From Alphaproteobacteria bacterium (GTDB taxonomy: Bacteria > Pseudomonadota > Alphaproteobacteria > Rs-D84), in assembly GCA_017524525.1 (NCBI GenBank), contig JAFXVM010000001.1:7256-71255 (forward strand): a stretch of DNA of 64,000 bases. Direction: 5' to 3'. Position numbers and translations under genes: made by a program. Below the pieces are notes generated by a model. It had not been told where the DNA came from, ran no database searches, and saw only the letters and a program-made list of their open reading frames with translations. The first letter of the stretch is position 1. Each line of letters opens with the position of its first letter. Of the stretch, positions 1-9,230 are shown piece after piece.

Positions 1-28
1 TTTAACTCTTATCGCATAGGACTTTATA

Positions 29-715
29 ATGAATAAATTGTTTTCGTTCTTTGGCGGTTTGATATTACTCGCAGCAGTTTTTGCGATGTTGGTTTTGTCT
101 GCTTTGATTTATCGCGCAAATGAAAATTCTTCTGTTAAATCTTATATATTTCAAATGAATGATTGGTCAAACGAACGATTGGGAATATTGCAAAATATAA
201 ACGATATTTCCGCAAACGATTTACGCAACAGGTTGATAAAAAAATATGTGTCCGAATATTTTAAAGTTATCCCAGGAGAAATCGATGTTACAAAAAGACC
301 TGTATTGCGGATGCTGTCCACACCAGAGGCTTTCTCGCAATGGGAACAAGGCGAAGCACAGACAATATTAAAAATGTCAGAACAAAAAATGTTTCGTATG
401 GTGACTGTTGATGATACAGGGATTGCTGTGAATTCAAATGAAAATGTTCAATATGACCCAAGCGGCAATGCAGAAAAAATATATTATGTTATTCGTTATT
501 ATATGTCAACATGGGCAGAATCTAATGTAATGGCTACAGAACCAGTATTAGAACAAGGAACCTTGTTCATGGAAGCACGCTTTTCGCCCGGTCTGCGTGA
601 ACATGATGGTTTTGGAAACAAAATTAATATAAGAAAATATCTAGAAGAAGGTAATAATCCTGTGGGGTTGTTTAAATTCACAGTGACTAATATTGGGGAT
701 AAAATGATAAAATGA
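29..715 (+). CDS. Membrane-anchored protein, possibly VirB8-like type IV secretion component
   Basis: 228 aa. One N-terminal TM helix (FFGGLILLAAVFAMLVLSALIY) followed by a ~200 aa soluble domain. C-terminal NNPVGLFKFTV resembles the NPxG-type motif near the C-terminus of VirB8 proteins, and the size fits VirB8. Confidence 0.4.
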   Translation: MNKLFSFFGGLILLAAVFAMLVLSALIYRANENSSVKSYIFQMNDWSNERLGILQNINDISANDLRNRLIKKYVSEYFKVIPGEIDVTKRPVLRMLSTPEAFSQWEQGEAQTILKMSEQKMFRMVTVDDTGIAVNSNENVQYDPSGNAEKIYYVIRYYMSTWAESNVMATEPVLEQGTLFMEARFSPGLREHDGFGNKINIRKYLEEGNNPVGLFKFTVTNIGDKMIK

Positions 716-1500
716 TAAAGAAATTCGCATTTTTTATATTTTCGTATTTAGTGATGTTTTTGCCTTGCTCTTCGTTTGCAGACGAAATGGATTTCGATGA
801 ATTTGCTATTGTAGACCAAGAAGACACAACCATAAACACAGAAGATGTTTCTTTGAATTCGGGTTCTGGCGGACTGGATGTTAAACATTTTGATATCGCA
901 GGTGTAATGTTGGGAATGAATTATGATGAAATAAAAAATTTGTTTTTTGATAATGGTGGACTTTATGCTCCTCGAAAGAAAGATAGTGTTATTTACACTA
1001 TAAACAAAGAATGGAAATATAATCTAGATTACGAATGTCGACAAAATAATATATTTATTCCAGAGAAATTAGAAAAATGCATATATTCTTTGGCACAAAA
1101 TCGTGGATTGCTTTATATTGCAGAAATACATTTAGAACGCGCTTTCACAGGCGAAATGTTGGACATATATTTTACGAGTAATGCCACAGACAATTTAGTT
1201 TGGAAGGTTGTTTATACTAATGATGCTAATGTTCTTGAAGGTGTTGACGGCAACGATGACAGATTCAGCAATCAACGAGAAAAAAAATTACTCGCTTTTT
1301 GGCAAGGCGTACTTGATAAATACGGACAGCCGAATTCAGACGAAGACAAATGGATTTCTTCTGAAAACGCGTATGATCCAATGATGCAGGCGTTCTATGG
1401 TCAATTGGTATTATCCGACAATGGTCTGGAAGCGTCTGATGCAGCGACAAATGTTCAACAAGCACGTAAAAATTTCCAAGCGAAACCTTATGCTTTCTAA
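712..1500 (+). CDS. Secreted hypothetical protein
   Basis: 262 aa. Signal-peptide-like N-terminus (FFIFSYLVMFLPCSSFA/DE). Start overlaps the upstream stop (ATGA). No family recognised. Confidence 0.45.
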   Translation: MIKKFAFFIFSYLVMFLPCSSFADEMDFDEFAIVDQEDTTINTEDVSLNSGSGGLDVKHFDIAGVMLGMNYDEIKNLFFDNGGLYAPRKKDSVIYTINKEWKYNLDYECRQNNIFIPEKLEKCIYSLAQNRGLLYIAEIHLERAFTGEMLDIYFTSNATDNLVWKVVYTNDANVLEGVDGNDDRFSNQREKKLLAFWQGVLDKYGQPNSDEDKWISSENAYDPMMQAFYGQLVLSDNGLEASDAATNVQQARKNFQAKPYAF

Positions 1501-1843
1501 GAAGACATCTTATCAAATTGGATTGTATTCTGAATTTATCGCCAGAATGTATCTGCGTTTTCATGGGTACAAAATATTAAAAAGTCGCTATGTGACAGGT
1601 AAAAATACTAATCGCGCAGAAATAGACATCATCGCAAAACATAAAAACACAATCGTTTTTGTTGAAGTCAAATATCGAAAAGATGTTTCTGCGGCATGGG
1701 ATGCGATAACACCAACACAAGCCGCACGATTGCGTCGCGCCGCAGAAACTTATTTAATCAAAACCAGATGGACAGGTGATGCGCGCTTTGATGTAATCGT
1801 AGTATGTGGGTCCAAAATACATTGGGCTAAAAATGCAATTTAA
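1490..1843 (+). CDS. yraN: YraN family (UPF0102) endonuclease-like protein
   Basis: 117 aa from ATG 1490. Typical YraN core: EIDIIAK...IVFVEVKYR...ARFDVIVV. The longer ORF from 1397 overlaps the upstream gene and is unlikely to be the true start. Confidence 0.75.
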   Translation: MLSKKTSYQIGLYSEFIARMYLRFHGYKILKSRYVTGKNTNRAEIDIIAKHKNTIVFVEVKYRKDVSAAWDAITPTQAARLRRAAETYLIKTRWTGDARFDVIVVCGSKIHWAKNAI

Positions 1844-2100
1844 TTTTTTATAACTGCACTTTTAATCAAAGTCACATCTTCTTTGATTCCATCTATTTTT
1901 AATTGCAATTGTCCAATACCAGATTCCAGCATAGTCGTTCTGTTTTCAAGTGCTGTGATGCGCTGTTCTTGGCGTTCAATTTCAGCAACATATGAATCTT
2001 GGCGAGCAACCCAATAAATCATACCTGCAATAAATACTATTAAAAACCAACTATCACGCAAAGCATCTAAAAAAGATAAAAAATTTTGTTGTTTTGCCAT
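1840..2100 (-). CDS. Small membrane/coiled-coil protein, last gene of the phage-like locus
   Basis: 86 aa from ATG 2100 (the ORF track begins at a GTG at 2106). One TM helix (WFLIVFIAGMIYWV) then heptad-like ERQEQRITALENRTTMLES. Confidence 0.4.
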   Translation of the reverse strand: MAKQQNFLSFLDALRDSWFLIVFIAGMIYWVARQDSYVAEIERQEQRITALENRTTMLESGIGQLQLKIDGIKEDVTLIKSAVIKN

Positions 2101-2148
2101 CAGCACATCAATAATTTACCATAAAATATACGATGACACATTTGTATA

Positions 2149-2349
2149 TTATGTTGGATTATTGCCTCTTTTTATAAAATTTTCTATTTGATGAATCAAC
2201 GCATTCTGTGCAGCCCACCAACGCAAATCATCATTTGTTATATTTGGTCCAACAATGCGCTCTACGGTTATAGAACGCAAATGAGCCAACACTTGTTTTC
2301 CGCTCGCACTTAAAAAAGTACGAGCGTATTGTTTTTCAATATCTTTCAT
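2149..2349 (-). CDS. Small phage-associated protein
   Basis: 66 aa, 4 nt downstream of the portal gene. Small conserved proteins occupy this position in BPP-1/T7-supergroup podoviruses. The family cannot be verified here. Confidence 0.4.
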   Translation of the reverse strand: MKDIEKQYARTFLSASGKQVLAHLRSITVERIVGPNITNDDLRWWAAQNALIHQIENFIKRGNNPT

Positions 2350-2353
2350 AAAG

Positions 2354-3583
2354 TTATCCTTGGATTAACATTTCTTCTTGAGCCATTTGAGCAATAGGTG
2401 CAATGTATTTTAATTCTGCATCACTGTGCAAAGATATTTTTTCTATCAAACCGCGACGAGATAATATCTGCAATCCACGTTCACACAAAGGCTTTATGAA
2501 TTCGTGCAACAGTCTGCCGTATGTTGCCCCCAAGATTCGCACCATATCAGAATTACGCGCCAAAATTTCAGTAGCAGTCATTTCTTTGTCAGACAACAGT
2601 CCAAGTCTGTCTGCCAGCAAAGAATGCCTTATTCTGTCGCGCAAATCGCGCAGTATAATTTGAGAAACATCAAAATCGGCTCCGCTGGATAATGGCGTTA
2701 ATCCTGAACTGCCAACTGCTTTTGGTATAATTGCCCCAGGTGTTAAATTAATGTTAGATAAATTGATAACACCATCATCATCTGCCTGCCAGATACCGCT
2801 GACCGCGATGGTCGCATTTTTTAGAACTAATTCTACAACTTTGTTCGCTGTTTTTATATCTGGCAAAGCACGCAAAACAGGTCCACGACCATAAAGTTCC
2901 CCGCTTACCAAAGACCAACGAAAGATTATATACGGATTAGTTTCAAATGTACCACGCGCCACTATGTTATTCTCTATATCGTCACCAACATCTATCCACG
3001 CCGTAAAATCTTTGCCAATTAAAGACTGAACTAATCTTATCGGTGTTTCCGGATTTGTTTTTATTGTGTCTTTCATGTGAGCCGGCATAGTTATATTTGG
3101 ATACTTTTCCATTAAATCACATGCAGGTAATGATGTGGTATGGAATATCGCATTTGGCAATATCGCTATGTCTTTCATCGGTATAGATGTAAAAGAAAAA
3201 GCAGAAGATGCTCCTATGGGGTTTTCTGCCATGAACAAACACGCCGTACCTAAAACGACCAAATCTATATAACACTGATGAATTGTTGTATAAAAATTTG
3301 AATCATTTAAATGCGCACGCAATACTGATGTTGCAATTTCTGCATTTGGTGATTCGTCGCTTTCGCGAACCAGATTTATCCAAAGCGATTCTGGCGGCGT
3401 TAACAAGGAATACATAGATGCAGCCAAATTATCTACGGCATCCGCTGCAGTTGCATCAAATAATGTGGCAGATTCTGTATCATCTGTGGGAATTGTATAA
3501 CGCATGGCAGATTTCCATCTGGACAGCCATACTTCACGTTCGTCCAACGCACGTTTATATAATTGCATAAGATTTTTTTGCAT
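2354..3583 (-). CDS. Phage portal (head-to-tail connector) protein
   Basis: 409 aa. Lies directly downstream of the terminase nuclease fragment (14-nt gap). Size and position fit a podovirus connector. Called from synteny plus general resemblance. Confidence 0.55.
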   Translation of the reverse strand: MQKNLMQLYKRALDEREVWLSRWKSAMRYTIPTDDTESATLFDATAADAVDNLAASMYSLLTPPESLWINLVRESDESPNAEIATSVLRAHLNDSNFYTTIHQCYIDLVVLGTACLFMAENPIGASSAFSFTSIPMKDIAILPNAIFHTTSLPACDLMEKYPNITMPAHMKDTIKTNPETPIRLVQSLIGKDFTAWIDVGDDIENNIVARGTFETNPYIIFRWSLVSGELYGRGPVLRALPDIKTANKVVELVLKNATIAVSGIWQADDDGVINLSNINLTPGAIIPKAVGSSGLTPLSSGADFDVSQIILRDLRDRIRHSLLADRLGLLSDKEMTATEILARNSDMVRILGATYGRLLHEFIKPLCERGLQILSRRGLIEKISLHSDAELKYIAPIAQMAQEEMLIQG

Positions 3584-3597
3584 ATATTTTCCTTTTT

Positions 3598-4449
3598 TTA
3601 TAACAGACTAAAATCTGTTTTTGCTTTGATAAGACTGGTACGTTGACCCAGTGGCCTTGTCGGCCAAGGCTCCATTGTCAAAGCCCCAGCCAACGCATCC
3701 AGCCCGTCATCGTGTTCCACAGAACCAATCGGCGTCCAAGCCAACATTTCTGATAACAACATTGTTTTTTTGATTTTTTCATGCATATAAAAATGCCCTG
3801 TTGTTAACATCGGTTCTATGGCGTTTAAAATTCTTGTTTCTTTCTTTATATGATTTGATATTTGAATTATGTTTATTAACATCTGCTCTTGTTGAGCTTC
3901 GGTCCTGATTATTTCAGGCAACGCATTACCCAGCCCATTTATTTCTATGCCGATTCTAATTAAAAAGTGTTTTTTCATAAAATCTAATACTGTTTTACAC
4001 TGATTCGCTAGTGGATACAAATCGTCATCTGGCACAGATATATAAAGAATATCGTGTACAAAGATATCTCGATTTTTGTCATCTCGATAAACCAAAACAC
4101 AAACGCTGCCATCAGAATTATTTCTGCCAACCGAAGGATCCCAATAAAAACTGACACCTGATATACGATGATCGCCTATTTTACAGAAACGTTTATCAAA
4201 TTCTTCGTCATAAAAATTAATGGCACCAGGATCAAGATGGACACGCTCTTCTGCGATGTATTCCAGCAGCATTTGAGCAGAAAAATGTCGATGACCAACC
4301 ATTGTTTCCAATTCATGAATTTTTTCAAGCGGAAACATCTCTGGCCACGCCGGATTTCCGCTACTATCTATGATTGGGATTTTTAATTGTTTATATCCAC
4401 TTAAAAAAGGTGTTGAATTATCAAAATTTTCGTTTAATCTAAAAGACAT
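3598..4449 (-). CDS. Terminase large subunit, C-terminal nuclease-domain polypeptide (separate gene)
   Basis: 283 aa with its own ATG. RNase-H-like terminase nuclease motifs are present: FYWDPSVGRNNSDGSVCVLV, IGIEINGLGN and EHDDGLDALAGAL. It has no ATPase motifs. Confidence 0.7.
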   Translation of the reverse strand: MSFRLNENFDNSTPFLSGYKQLKIPIIDSSGNPAWPEMFPLEKIHELETMVGHRHFSAQMLLEYIAEERVHLDPGAINFYDEEFDKRFCKIGDHRISGVSFYWDPSVGRNNSDGSVCVLVYRDDKNRDIFVHDILYISVPDDDLYPLANQCKTVLDFMKKHFLIRIGIEINGLGNALPEIIRTEAQQEQMLINIIQISNHIKKETRILNAIEPMLTTGHFYMHEKIKKTMLLSEMLAWTPIGSVEHDDGLDALAGALTMEPWPTRPLGQRTSLIKAKTDFSLL

Positions 4450-5992
4450 GGACTTTACCCCTAAATCTTTACCTGTTAATTTAGAAGCAGAACAAGCGGT
4501 TCTTGCTGCGGTGTTGATGAATAATCGCGCACTAGAATCTGTGTCGGACTTTTTGTTGCCTGAACACTTTTCACATGCTGCGCACCAAGAAATTTATAAG
4601 TTGGCTTTACGTCAGTTTGCTATTGGGATTCCTTTTGACATCATTACAGCAAAAACATATCTTGAACAACAAGGTATACTGGAAAGCGTGGGCGGTGTTG
4701 AATACCTGTCTAAATTGACCGCTGCGGGCGCAACAGTTGTTAATGTTGAACATTATGGTCGTATCGTTTTTGATAATGCTCGCCGTCGTGATTTGATAAG
4801 TCTGGGCCAAAACATTATTGATGATGCATACACCGAAGATTTGGATAAACCTGTTAATACACAAATAGAATCTGCTGAACAGAAACTGTTTAATTTGGCT
4901 TCAACTGGGCAAAGCGAACGCAATATCGTCACACTGGCTGACGCATTAAAAAGCGCAATGCAAGAAGCAGAAATTGCATACAAAGCAGACGGCAAATTGT
5001 CTGGTTTAACGACCGGTTTAGACGATTTAGATAAATCTATCAGTGGTTTACACCATTCCGATTTGATAATTATTGCTGGGCGTCCTGCTATGGGAAAAAC
5101 CACACTGGCGCTTAACATCGCGTTTAATGCTGCCAATGCTATATTAAATGGTCGCGCAAATCAGCAATACAAAGGTGCTGTCGCGTTTTTCAGTTTGGAA
5201 ATGTCTTATCCACAATTGGCTGCACGTATATTGTCTTCTCAATCAAAAATACCATCTTCTCGCATGCGCGAAGGGAGCAATTTGACAGACGAAGATTTTA
5301 TGAAAATGTCTCAATATACGGACGCTTTGTCAAAAGTGCCTATTGTTATTGACGACACTTCTGAAATGTCTGTTCCTGGGGTAAAAACACGTGCGCGTCG
5401 CATAGCCCGCAAATTCGGTGGAATTGCGCTTATTGTCATTGACTATTTGCAATTGATGACTGTCCCTGGTGGGAAACGCAACGACAACCGCGTTCAAGAA
5501 TTGTCTGAAATTACTCGTGGATTAAAAATCTTGGCCAAAGAATTAGATGTTCCTGTGATTGTGTTGTCCCAGTTGTCTCGTAAGGTCGAAGATCGTGACG
5601 ACAAACGACCAATTTTATCAGATTTGCGTGAATCTGGTTCTATTGAACAAGACGCGGATATTGTCATGTTTACTTACCGCGAAGAATATTATCTAGAAGG
5701 ACATTCCCCAGACAAACGCTTATCCGGTCTTACGTCCGATAATGCTATGCAGGCGTGGCAAAAACGTATGGATTTGTCCAGAAACAAAGCCGATGTTATC
5801 ATCGCTAAAAACCGCCACGGAAAACCTGAAACTGTACATTTAAGTTTCTTTGGCGAATATTCGTTGTTTGATAATTTACAGCATTATCAACAAATACCAG
5901 ACCAAGATTTTGACAATCAAATTCCACAATCGACAGATACAAACTCACAAACAGTGGTCGATATTAATGATATTCCTGACGACATTATTTAA
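4448..5992 (+). CDS. dnaB: Replicative DNA helicase DnaB
   Basis: 514 aa from ATG 4448. N-terminal NLEAEQAVLAAVLMNN, Walker A GRPAMGKTT, Walker B LIVIDYLQLM, LSQLSR, and RESGSIEQDADIV. Carries an acidic ~45 aa C-terminal tail. Confidence 0.9.
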   Translation: MDFTPKSLPVNLEAEQAVLAAVLMNNRALESVSDFLLPEHFSHAAHQEIYKLALRQFAIGIPFDIITAKTYLEQQGILESVGGVEYLSKLTAAGATVVNVEHYGRIVFDNARRRDLISLGQNIIDDAYTEDLDKPVNTQIESAEQKLFNLASTGQSERNIVTLADALKSAMQEAEIAYKADGKLSGLTTGLDDLDKSISGLHHSDLIIIAGRPAMGKTTLALNIAFNAANAILNGRANQQYKGAVAFFSLEMSYPQLAARILSSQSKIPSSRMREGSNLTDEDFMKMSQYTDALSKVPIVIDDTSEMSVPGVKTRARRIARKFGGIALIVIDYLQLMTVPGGKRNDNRVQELSEITRGLKILAKELDVPVIVLSQLSRKVEDRDDKRPILSDLRESGSIEQDADIVMFTYREEYYLEGHSPDKRLSGLTSDNAMQAWQKRMDLSRNKADVIIAKNRHGKPETVHLSFFGEYSLFDNLQHYQQIPDQDFDNQIPQSTDTNSQTVVDINDIPDDII

Positions 5993-6060
5993 ATTTTTCT
6001 TGCCAAGTCTCTAAAAATTGACTATGATTTTGTCAACAACAGATTCCAAGGAGTTTGATT

Positions 6061-7068
6061 ATGGCACAAGAAGAAATAATATTTCCTAATAATATCCGCA
6101 ATATTCGTGCATCGAAAGGGATGAAAATGACGGAATTAGCAAGACGTGCTAATTTATCTTTGTCCGCGGTTTCCAAGATTGAAAAAGGTGTTCGTCGTCT
6201 TAATCAAAAACAATTATTAAATGTATGTACCATTTTGGGTTGCAAACTTTCTGATATATTTATTCACGAATCAGATGCAGTTGCACAAAACTGGCAAAAC
6301 GAAATTAAACGCCGTTTAACAGATAATGAAGACAGCGGTTTGAAAGTGTTCGGTTCTGGTTTACGCAAGATTCGTCAACGTTCCGAAAAAACTATTGCTG
6401 ATGCCGCTAAGGCTGCAAAAATGACTTTGTCTGTATACCATAAAATCGAAGTGGGTCAGCGCGAAGTTTACCAAGACGAAATTGAAGTTTTGGCAAAAGC
6501 ATTCGGTTATACTGTGCAACAATTGTTCAGTGAAATTGCCCAATTATATAATTCTGGCGAATTAACAAAGCAGATAAACAAGGTTACTGAACGTGTAAAA
6601 TCTGTATTAGAACCAGGTAATCCTGTATCTGGATTAGATGTTCACGGTGGTTTGTATGGTGCACAATTATACGATAATGCGCGCAAAAAATTAGTTCCTG
6701 TATTTGGAACACCAGACGGCAAAAGTATCAAATTCAAAAAATCTGATGAAACTATGATTGTTGCTCCTACGATGGTAGAAGGCCGCAGTGGTATTTATGC
6801 TGTTTTACCAAATTCAAAGCGTGTATCTGGCTTTATTCCTGAAACAGCATATGTTTTTGCAGATTCTGCTTTGGAACCAAAGGTCGGTGATTTGGCAGTT
6901 TGTATTGATGATGATTTTTCAAAAATGAAATCTGATACTGTAAGCACTGCACAAATCGTTCTGGTTCGCAAAGACAGTCATGGCAAAATCTATGGACACG
7001 TTGCGAACCCAGAAGAAAAAGTTATTGGCAAAACTATGCACAAAGTCATTATGATTGTTATGCAATAA
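6061..7068 (+). CDS. Tandem XRE-type HTH regulator with CI/LexA-like C-terminal domain
   Basis: 335 aa from ATG 6061, with AAGGAG 8 nt upstream. Two HTH_XRE modules (IRNIRASKGMKMTELARRANLSLSAVSKIEKG and LRKIRQRSEKTIADAAKAAKMTLSVYHKIEVG). The ~150 aa C-terminal beta-rich domain starts LVPVFG, like S24-type repressors. Catalytic Ser/Lys residues are not confirmed. Confidence 0.6.
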   Translation: MAQEEIIFPNNIRNIRASKGMKMTELARRANLSLSAVSKIEKGVRRLNQKQLLNVCTILGCKLSDIFIHESDAVAQNWQNEIKRRLTDNEDSGLKVFGSGLRKIRQRSEKTIADAAKAAKMTLSVYHKIEVGQREVYQDEIEVLAKAFGYTVQQLFSEIAQLYNSGELTKQINKVTERVKSVLEPGNPVSGLDVHGGLYGAQLYDNARKKLVPVFGTPDGKSIKFKKSDETMIVAPTMVEGRSGIYAVLPNSKRVSGFIPETAYVFADSALEPKVGDLAVCIDDDFSKMKSDTVSTAQIVLVRKDSHGKIYGHVANPEEKVIGKTMHKVIMIVMQ

Positions 7069-7092
7069 TTAATTACCAAACGGAGAGAGACC

Positions 7093-7734
7093 ATGCCACA
7101 ACAAGCCCATATAATCGCACAAAGATTATTGAATCTTTATCGCCAAGAACATGTTATTGAAGGGGGGTGGAGTGCTGTTAATAAAATCTTTCTTGAAGAA
7201 GCAACAAACGACCAAATTATCAACGAACTTCAAAATTTGCCCACAGGAAAAAAACTTGTCGCTCACATTGATAATTTGCGCAGTGGTAAAACCCCGATGG
7301 ATACCATAGACAAAGACTTGTTGCCATATGGCGGTTTAATGTCAGATCAAGAAATCACCTTTTCTTTGAATCCGGAAGAGATTGCAGAACTGAAAAACGC
7401 GCTTGATAAATTTGAACCTTCCCCGGAAAATTTAGCAGAAATTAAAAAGTTATCTTTCGTTCAAAAGTTTGGTACCGATTGGTCAAAAGACATCAAAGCA
7501 GCGCTTGTTTCTCATCCAGATATGCTTGAACAATGGAAAACAGTTATTCAAACAGACAAGGCTTATCAAACGTGGTATTCTGCCAAAGAATTGTTGTCTG
7601 ATACATTGACAGAACGTCATCGCGCTCAAATCCAAGCAGATATGCCCGAATATGAAACATTTTTACCTATGTTTGGTGAACAAGGCAAAGCGATGTTAAC
7701 CAAATTGCGAACATTTATGTCTTCTGTGGCTTAG
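7093..7734 (+). CDS. Hypothetical protein (third gene of the dnaB insert)
   Basis: 213 aa. GGAGAG RBS upstream. Its stop overlaps the stop of the convergent terminase ATPase gene. No family recognised. Confidence 0.45.
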   Translation: MPQQAHIIAQRLLNLYRQEHVIEGGWSAVNKIFLEEATNDQIINELQNLPTGKKLVAHIDNLRSGKTPMDTIDKDLLPYGGLMSDQEITFSLNPEEIAELKNALDKFEPSPENLAEIKKLSFVQKFGTDWSKDIKAALVSHPDMLEQWKTVIQTDKAYQTWYSAKELLSDTLTERHRAQIQADMPEYETFLPMFGEQGKAMLTKLRTFMSSVA

Positions 7735-8339
7735 TTTGTTTTATATATTGTGTCTTTTGTGTGTGGCGTCCCGATATAAATCATCGATCCGTGTGGCGAT
7801 AAAATAAAATCTAGTTCGCGCAACCTTTCGCGCAGATTTATTCTTTTTTGTTGTGTATTACATGTATTCGGTACTTCGACATCGTCGCATATTATCAAAT
7901 CAGATCTCATACCAGTAATATTTCCGGTGATACCTTGACATATAACTGACGGTTCTCGAATTCCAATGGGACGTTTAATTGTGATTTTATGAGTACCCCA
8001 TTCTTTTTTTACATCTGGTAAAATTTCACTGCAAAACGGATGATTTTCCAAAATGTTTTTGATATGCGACACCATTCGTGAAGCCAAACTTGATTCAGCA
8101 GATAATATTAATATTCGTGTTTCTGGTTTATGATATAAAACACATGCTGCAAAAACCCCAACTACCGTTGATTTCCCAGAATGTCGAAAAGCAGTCAACA
8201 ATCCACGACGCGGTTCATTGATAAAAACATCTACTAAAAATTCCATTATTTGTTTGTGATGTGCTGGGGTCGAAAAACCAAGGATATTGTTCCAACTGTC
8301 TAAAAAATCAAAGGCTTCCGTAATCGTCATTGTTTTCAT
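7731..8339 (-). CDS. Terminase large subunit, N-terminal ATPase-domain polypeptide (separate gene)
   Basis: 202 aa. Walker A FRHSGKST, Walker B DLIICDDVE, and coupling motif IYIGTPHTKDTIY. It ends 5 residues after that motif and has no nuclease domain. Confidence 0.75.
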   Translation of the reverse strand: MKTMTITEAFDFLDSWNNILGFSTPAHHKQIMEFLVDVFINEPRRGLLTAFRHSGKSTVVGVFAACVLYHKPETRILILSAESSLASRMVSHIKNILENHPFCSEILPDVKKEWGTHKITIKRPIGIREPSVICQGITGNITGMRSDLIICDDVEVPNTCNTQQKRINLRERLRELDFILSPHGSMIYIGTPHTKDTIYKTN

Positions 8340-8856
8340 TATTGGCTGCTTCTGTGACGTATCCGTAATCGTTTATCAAACTGGGCAAAGCGCTGTCTAA
8401 CACATTAAGCAAATTATTATAAAGCCCCAACACTGATCCGCCAGAAAGTTTATCTTCTATGGTTTGTAATGCATAATTTATTTGAGCCAACAAATTATCA
8501 TGAACATTAGCCCAAGAAGACAAATCTATATCTATATTATGCAAATCTTGAAATGCAGCCAACAAAAAATTAAAATCAGAATTTAAATCTTCTGGATCTA
8601 TTTTTTGGGTTGGTTGATAATCAATAGTTCGATTCAAAGACACCTGACGAAAAATATCTATGTGTTTACCAGATAACGGCGCAGAAGGAAACACAACCAG
8701 ACCACCATTAAAATCTTGATTAGGGTTCACATCATATTGCGTATTATCCAATAACACATTATCTATTGCTACTTTGATATCTGCGTTTTGAAAAAAAGGA
8801 AAGGAAAAAACGAATTCTGTGTTAATTCCATCTCCTGTGTATGAAATCTTATACAT
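8308..8856 (-). CDS. Short tail fibre/spike protein with T7-type N-terminal adaptor domain
   Basis: 182 aa. The N-terminus YKISYTGDGINTEFVFSFPFFQNADIKVAIDNVLL matches the usual pattern of podovirus tail-fibre N-domains. Confidence 0.5.
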   Translation of the reverse strand: MYKISYTGDGINTEFVFSFPFFQNADIKVAIDNVLLDNTQYDVNPNQDFNGGLVVFPSAPLSGKHIDIFRQVSLNRTIDYQPTQKIDPEDLNSDFNFLLAAFQDLHNIDIDLSSWANVHDNLLAQINYALQTIEDKLSGGSVLGLYNNLLNVLDSALPSLINDYGYVTEAANNENNDDYGSL

Positions 8857-8865
8857 AACATCCCC

Positions 8866-9213
8866 CTAGCCCGCTATTTTATCTATATTTGACAACCAAG
8901 TTTTTATTATGTTTGGTTTTTTCACTTTCGTTTTTTTAATTTTTTCTAAATTATCCTGTTTTTTTTCATCGTATGGTTGTGCAGTTTCTTCACGCAACCG
9001 CTGTAAAACTGCATTTTCAGAAAAGCTGTTTCCAGCATTACCATTTGCACCGAATTTTGCGCGTTGCGATGCTAACGCTTTTTTTATCAAATTTGTTTTA
9101 ATATTTTCATCTGCTGCAATTTGAGCCAAAATTTTTTGACGTTGATTTTCAGCGGTCTTTTTTGAATTATTGTAATCCAAGACTTTTGTCACATCTGATA
9201 CTAGTTGTCCCAT
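8866..9213 (-). CDS. Small basic virion-associated hypothetical protein
   Basis: 115 aa, K/Q-rich and probably helical. Lies between the nozzle and fibre genes. Confidence 0.35.
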   Translation of the reverse strand: MGQLVSDVTKVLDYNNSKKTAENQRQKILAQIAADENIKTNLIKKALASQRAKFGANGNAGNSFSENAVLQRLREETAQPYDEKKQDNLEKIKKTKVKKPNIIKTWLSNIDKIAG

Positions 9214-9230
9214 AAAAAACTCCTATTTTT

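Noticed and set aside
4607-5136. Minus-strand ORFs of 85 and 127 aa inside dnaB
   Set aside because: They are antisense to a strongly supported conserved gene and are low-complexity with no RBS. The same reasoning applies to the antisense ORFs inside alaS, the KS genes, the rlmD-like gene, the tolC-like gene and the lipoprotein at 18602-19147.
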